Assembly: GCF_037042905.1 (NCBI RefSeq)
Contig: NC_087252.1
Location: forward strand, 21,764,001 to 21,828,000
DNA: 64,000 nucleotides
Source: Lytechinus pictus
Lineage: Eukaryota
Direction of reading: 5' to 3'
Shown: positions 62,661 through 64,000 of the stretch, piece after piece
Layout of the letters: the number at the start of each line of letters is the position of its first letter
Numbering within the stretch: position 1 is the first letter of the stretch
Program-made: the position numbers and the translations under genes
Notes under the pieces: generated by a model
Seen by the model: the letters and a program-made list of their open reading frames with translations, nothing else
What the model was told of the DNA's origin: nothing
Database searches by the model: none

Positions 62661-64000
62661 GTACTGTGATGGAATCTCCTAATTCCTTCCGACTTTGAAT
62701 AAGTAGGGAATGACTCAACATCTCTCCCTATAGCTTCCTCATTATACCTTCATCTCACTGTTTATTCTGCTGCTGCTTTTTCTTCTAAAATGAAGATGGT
62801 GTCAGATGTATTCCCTTTAAAATCACCACAGGATGACTTCTGCTAAGTGCTGAAAAGCATGTGAACTTTATTTTCAAGAAAGAGAGGATAAAACACCATT
62901 TACATTCAACCAATATTTATGCCTCTGTATACAATTCATTCTTTTCTTGCTAAATTGAGTCTGTAGGGTAAATAATGACAATAAAAAATTAATCAGTTAT
63001 ATCATTTCCATTTGCTTCTTCATGACAGTAGTCTGATAATATTTCTGTTGAAAATAATTATTTGTTGATCGAACGTTGATAGTGTTCATTAGCCTCATAT
63101 TGACAACACTTTGCCAGGCAAGATTCCCTGTCATAAACCAAAAATAACAATTTTTGTTCTTAAACTGTTACTCAAAGACTTTGTTTTTTACTGGACAAGT
63201 CTCTTTCAGCTTGTTCAGTATGACCATATAATGCTTGAGTGAACCCCAAACTTAAAACCTTGACTTTTCTCTCTTTGAAATCCCTGTATATTGGATCAAG
63301 TACTTGTGTGCATTGTTGTTGATGGAGTTTACAAGTTATGTATCATTTTAAAGCTTAAGATGTGCCTTCTGAAATTTTCAAAATTTGTTTCGGTTGACTT
63401 ATAGTAGGTTTTGAATAGACAGTAACAAGAATTAGTAACTGTAAATTGTGTTAAGATGGTGAAACTAAGTAAAATCCAAGTCTTTAGTTTCTTACTGTAT
63501 AGGGTTCACTGCTGTTTGTCTTTATTTATAAGGTATCCCCTCCCCCCCCCCCCACTCCCATACGATCCATGTAGTAAGTCCAAGTATAAGTCTGATTTGC
63601 TCAACAAACCATTCGTATCGCAGCAAATATCTTCCAGCCGCAAGGGAGACACGACAGCACCAACACATTCTCTCTTTGCTCTCTTTACCAAAAGAAGAAG
63701 AATAAAACTAAAAAAATATACATTTGCATCTCCCCCCCCCCCTCCCTCCCCTTCTCCCTTTCAGAAGTAAACTGTCATGTCTGCATAAAGCAACCAACGG
63801 GCTGCTTGGCAATAGCTGTTGGGTGTTGATACAGTATATAAAACCTGCCAGCGGGGAAACGATCAGAGAGAGCGATCTAAACCCATATTTGTCCTGGGTG
63901 TATTAGGCCGGCATCAGTCATGGAGTGAGTGCAAATGTTTTTGCAGGTGGATAGGGGGAGGGAGAGGGGTAAAAAAAGTGGAGGATCCTTTCTGAGAAAG

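Noticed and set aside
62113..62698. Phe/Leu/Ser/Pro-rich ORFs resembling membrane proteins (also at 31228, 46143, 48408, 49471 and 60283)
   Set aside because: Polypyrimidine tracts lack stop codons in all frames.

Overview
This is AT-rich eukaryotic (metazoan) DNA, probably echinoderm/sea urchin; that assignment is inferred from the repeat style and the many C/G homopolymer runs. The whole window lies inside one + strand gene, a Roundabout (Robo) axon-guidance receptor. Six exons (4652-4788, 16987-17164, 55572-55762, 56343-56433, 56939-57077, 58231-58358) splice in frame through GT-AG junctions and encode Ig1-Ig3. No signal-peptide exon and no Ig4-onward exon were found in the window. The introns, including a 12.2 kb and a 38.4 kb one, hold many short non-autonomous DNA transposons with visible TIRs/TSDs (hAT-, PIF/Harbinger-, Kolobok- and CACTG/EnSpm-like), tRNA-derived SINE copies, LINE remnants, GAT/CAT microsatellites, polypyrimidine blocks and CpG-rich unique islands. 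The most unusual element is a 58-nt retrocopy of a mature tRNA-Leu at 43412-43469. It carries CCA, differs from the canonical gene exactly at positions 34 and 37, is truncated after position 26, and is fused to an unclassified ~290-bp repeat that has a second, inverted copy in the same intron. Almost all ORFs in the supplied track are non-coding or low-complexity artefacts.
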